NCBI GenBank assembly: GCA_045650045.1
Contig: JAZRQU010000075.1
Location: forward strand, 32,043 to 96,042
DNA: 64,000 nucleotides
Reading direction: 5' to 3'
DNA from: Candidatus Egerieisoma sp.
GTDB taxonomy: Bacteria > Bacteroidota > Bacteroidia > Bacteroidales > UBA932
Below the pieces are notes generated by a model, which was not told the DNA's origin, did not search any database, and saw nothing but the letters and a program-made list of their open reading frames with translations. Shown in pieces: positions 63,820-64,000 of the stretch. The translations under genes were made by a program, and so were the position numbers. Each line of letters begins with the position of its first letter. Position 1 is the first letter of the stretch.

Positions 63820-64000
63820 ATGCCTAAATTCTTCACCAAATCCGCATTCAGCATGGCCTTGGAATGTCCGAGGAGGCTTTATTATGCATATGACAAGAAT
63901 GAGTATGCTAATCAGAACTTGGATGATGAGTTTCTTAAGTCGCTGGCTGAAGGAGGTTTCCAGGTTGGGGAGTTTGCCAAGCTGTGTTTTGGAATTGGCA
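63820..64000 (+). CDS. RecB/Cas4-like (DUF2779-like) protein, N-terminal 60 aa only (cut by window edge)
   Basis: ATG at 63820, 8 nt after the upstream stop. MPKFFTKSAFSMALECPRRLYYAY resembles the N-terminus of the DUF2779 / PD-(D/E)XK family (recalled pattern; too short to be sure). Confidence 0.4.
   Translation, partial: MPKFFTKSAFSMALECPRRLYYAYDKNEYANQNLDDEFLKSLAEGGFQVGEFAKLCFGIG

Overview
Chromosomal segment of a Bacteroidota (Bacteroidales-like) genome. Support for this: -33 TTTG / -7 TAnnTTTG promoters in front of the RNA genes, lipoprotein-rich type V (Mfa/Fim-like) pilus loci, a TonB-dependent receptor, and signal peptides ending in ...A|Q. There are about 55 credible CDSs. Most are housekeeping (tsaD, mtaB, folB, mnmA, mltG, cdd, S41 protease, rnz, rpsA, corA, murQ, recR, mntP). 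Others are a small glycan operon (GT4-Wzx-GT2), a TPP-riboswitch-controlled TonB-receptor/PnuC thiamine-uptake operon, two cysteine-degrading enzymes, and a ~13.5-kb AT-richer block with two type V pilus modules (44.2-57.6 kb). Four RNA genes are hidden under spurious ORFs in the track: SRP RNA (~10905-11005), RNase P RNA (~36898-37325, minus), tRNA-Arg(TCT) and tRNA-Lys(CTT). The most unusual content is non-coding or accessory. (i) A family of strictly 52-bp-phased tandem repeats fills five intergenic regions (~27 units, ~1.4 kb). It brackets, in inverted orientation, a RAYT/IS200-like HUH-Y1 transposase homologue (REPtron-like). (ii) A second over-represented motif, CTGTCGGG(AAGAAAA), forms palindromic hairpins just after stop codons and is also scattered inside genes in three reading frames. 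(iii) An AT-rich island directly downstream of the tRNA pair opens with a PD-(D/E)XK nuclease fusion protein and a second RecB/Cas4-like gene cut by the window edge, a candidate defence cassette. All functional calls come from motif recognition by eye; no database search or folding program was run, and coordinates of RNA ends and hairpins are approximate.
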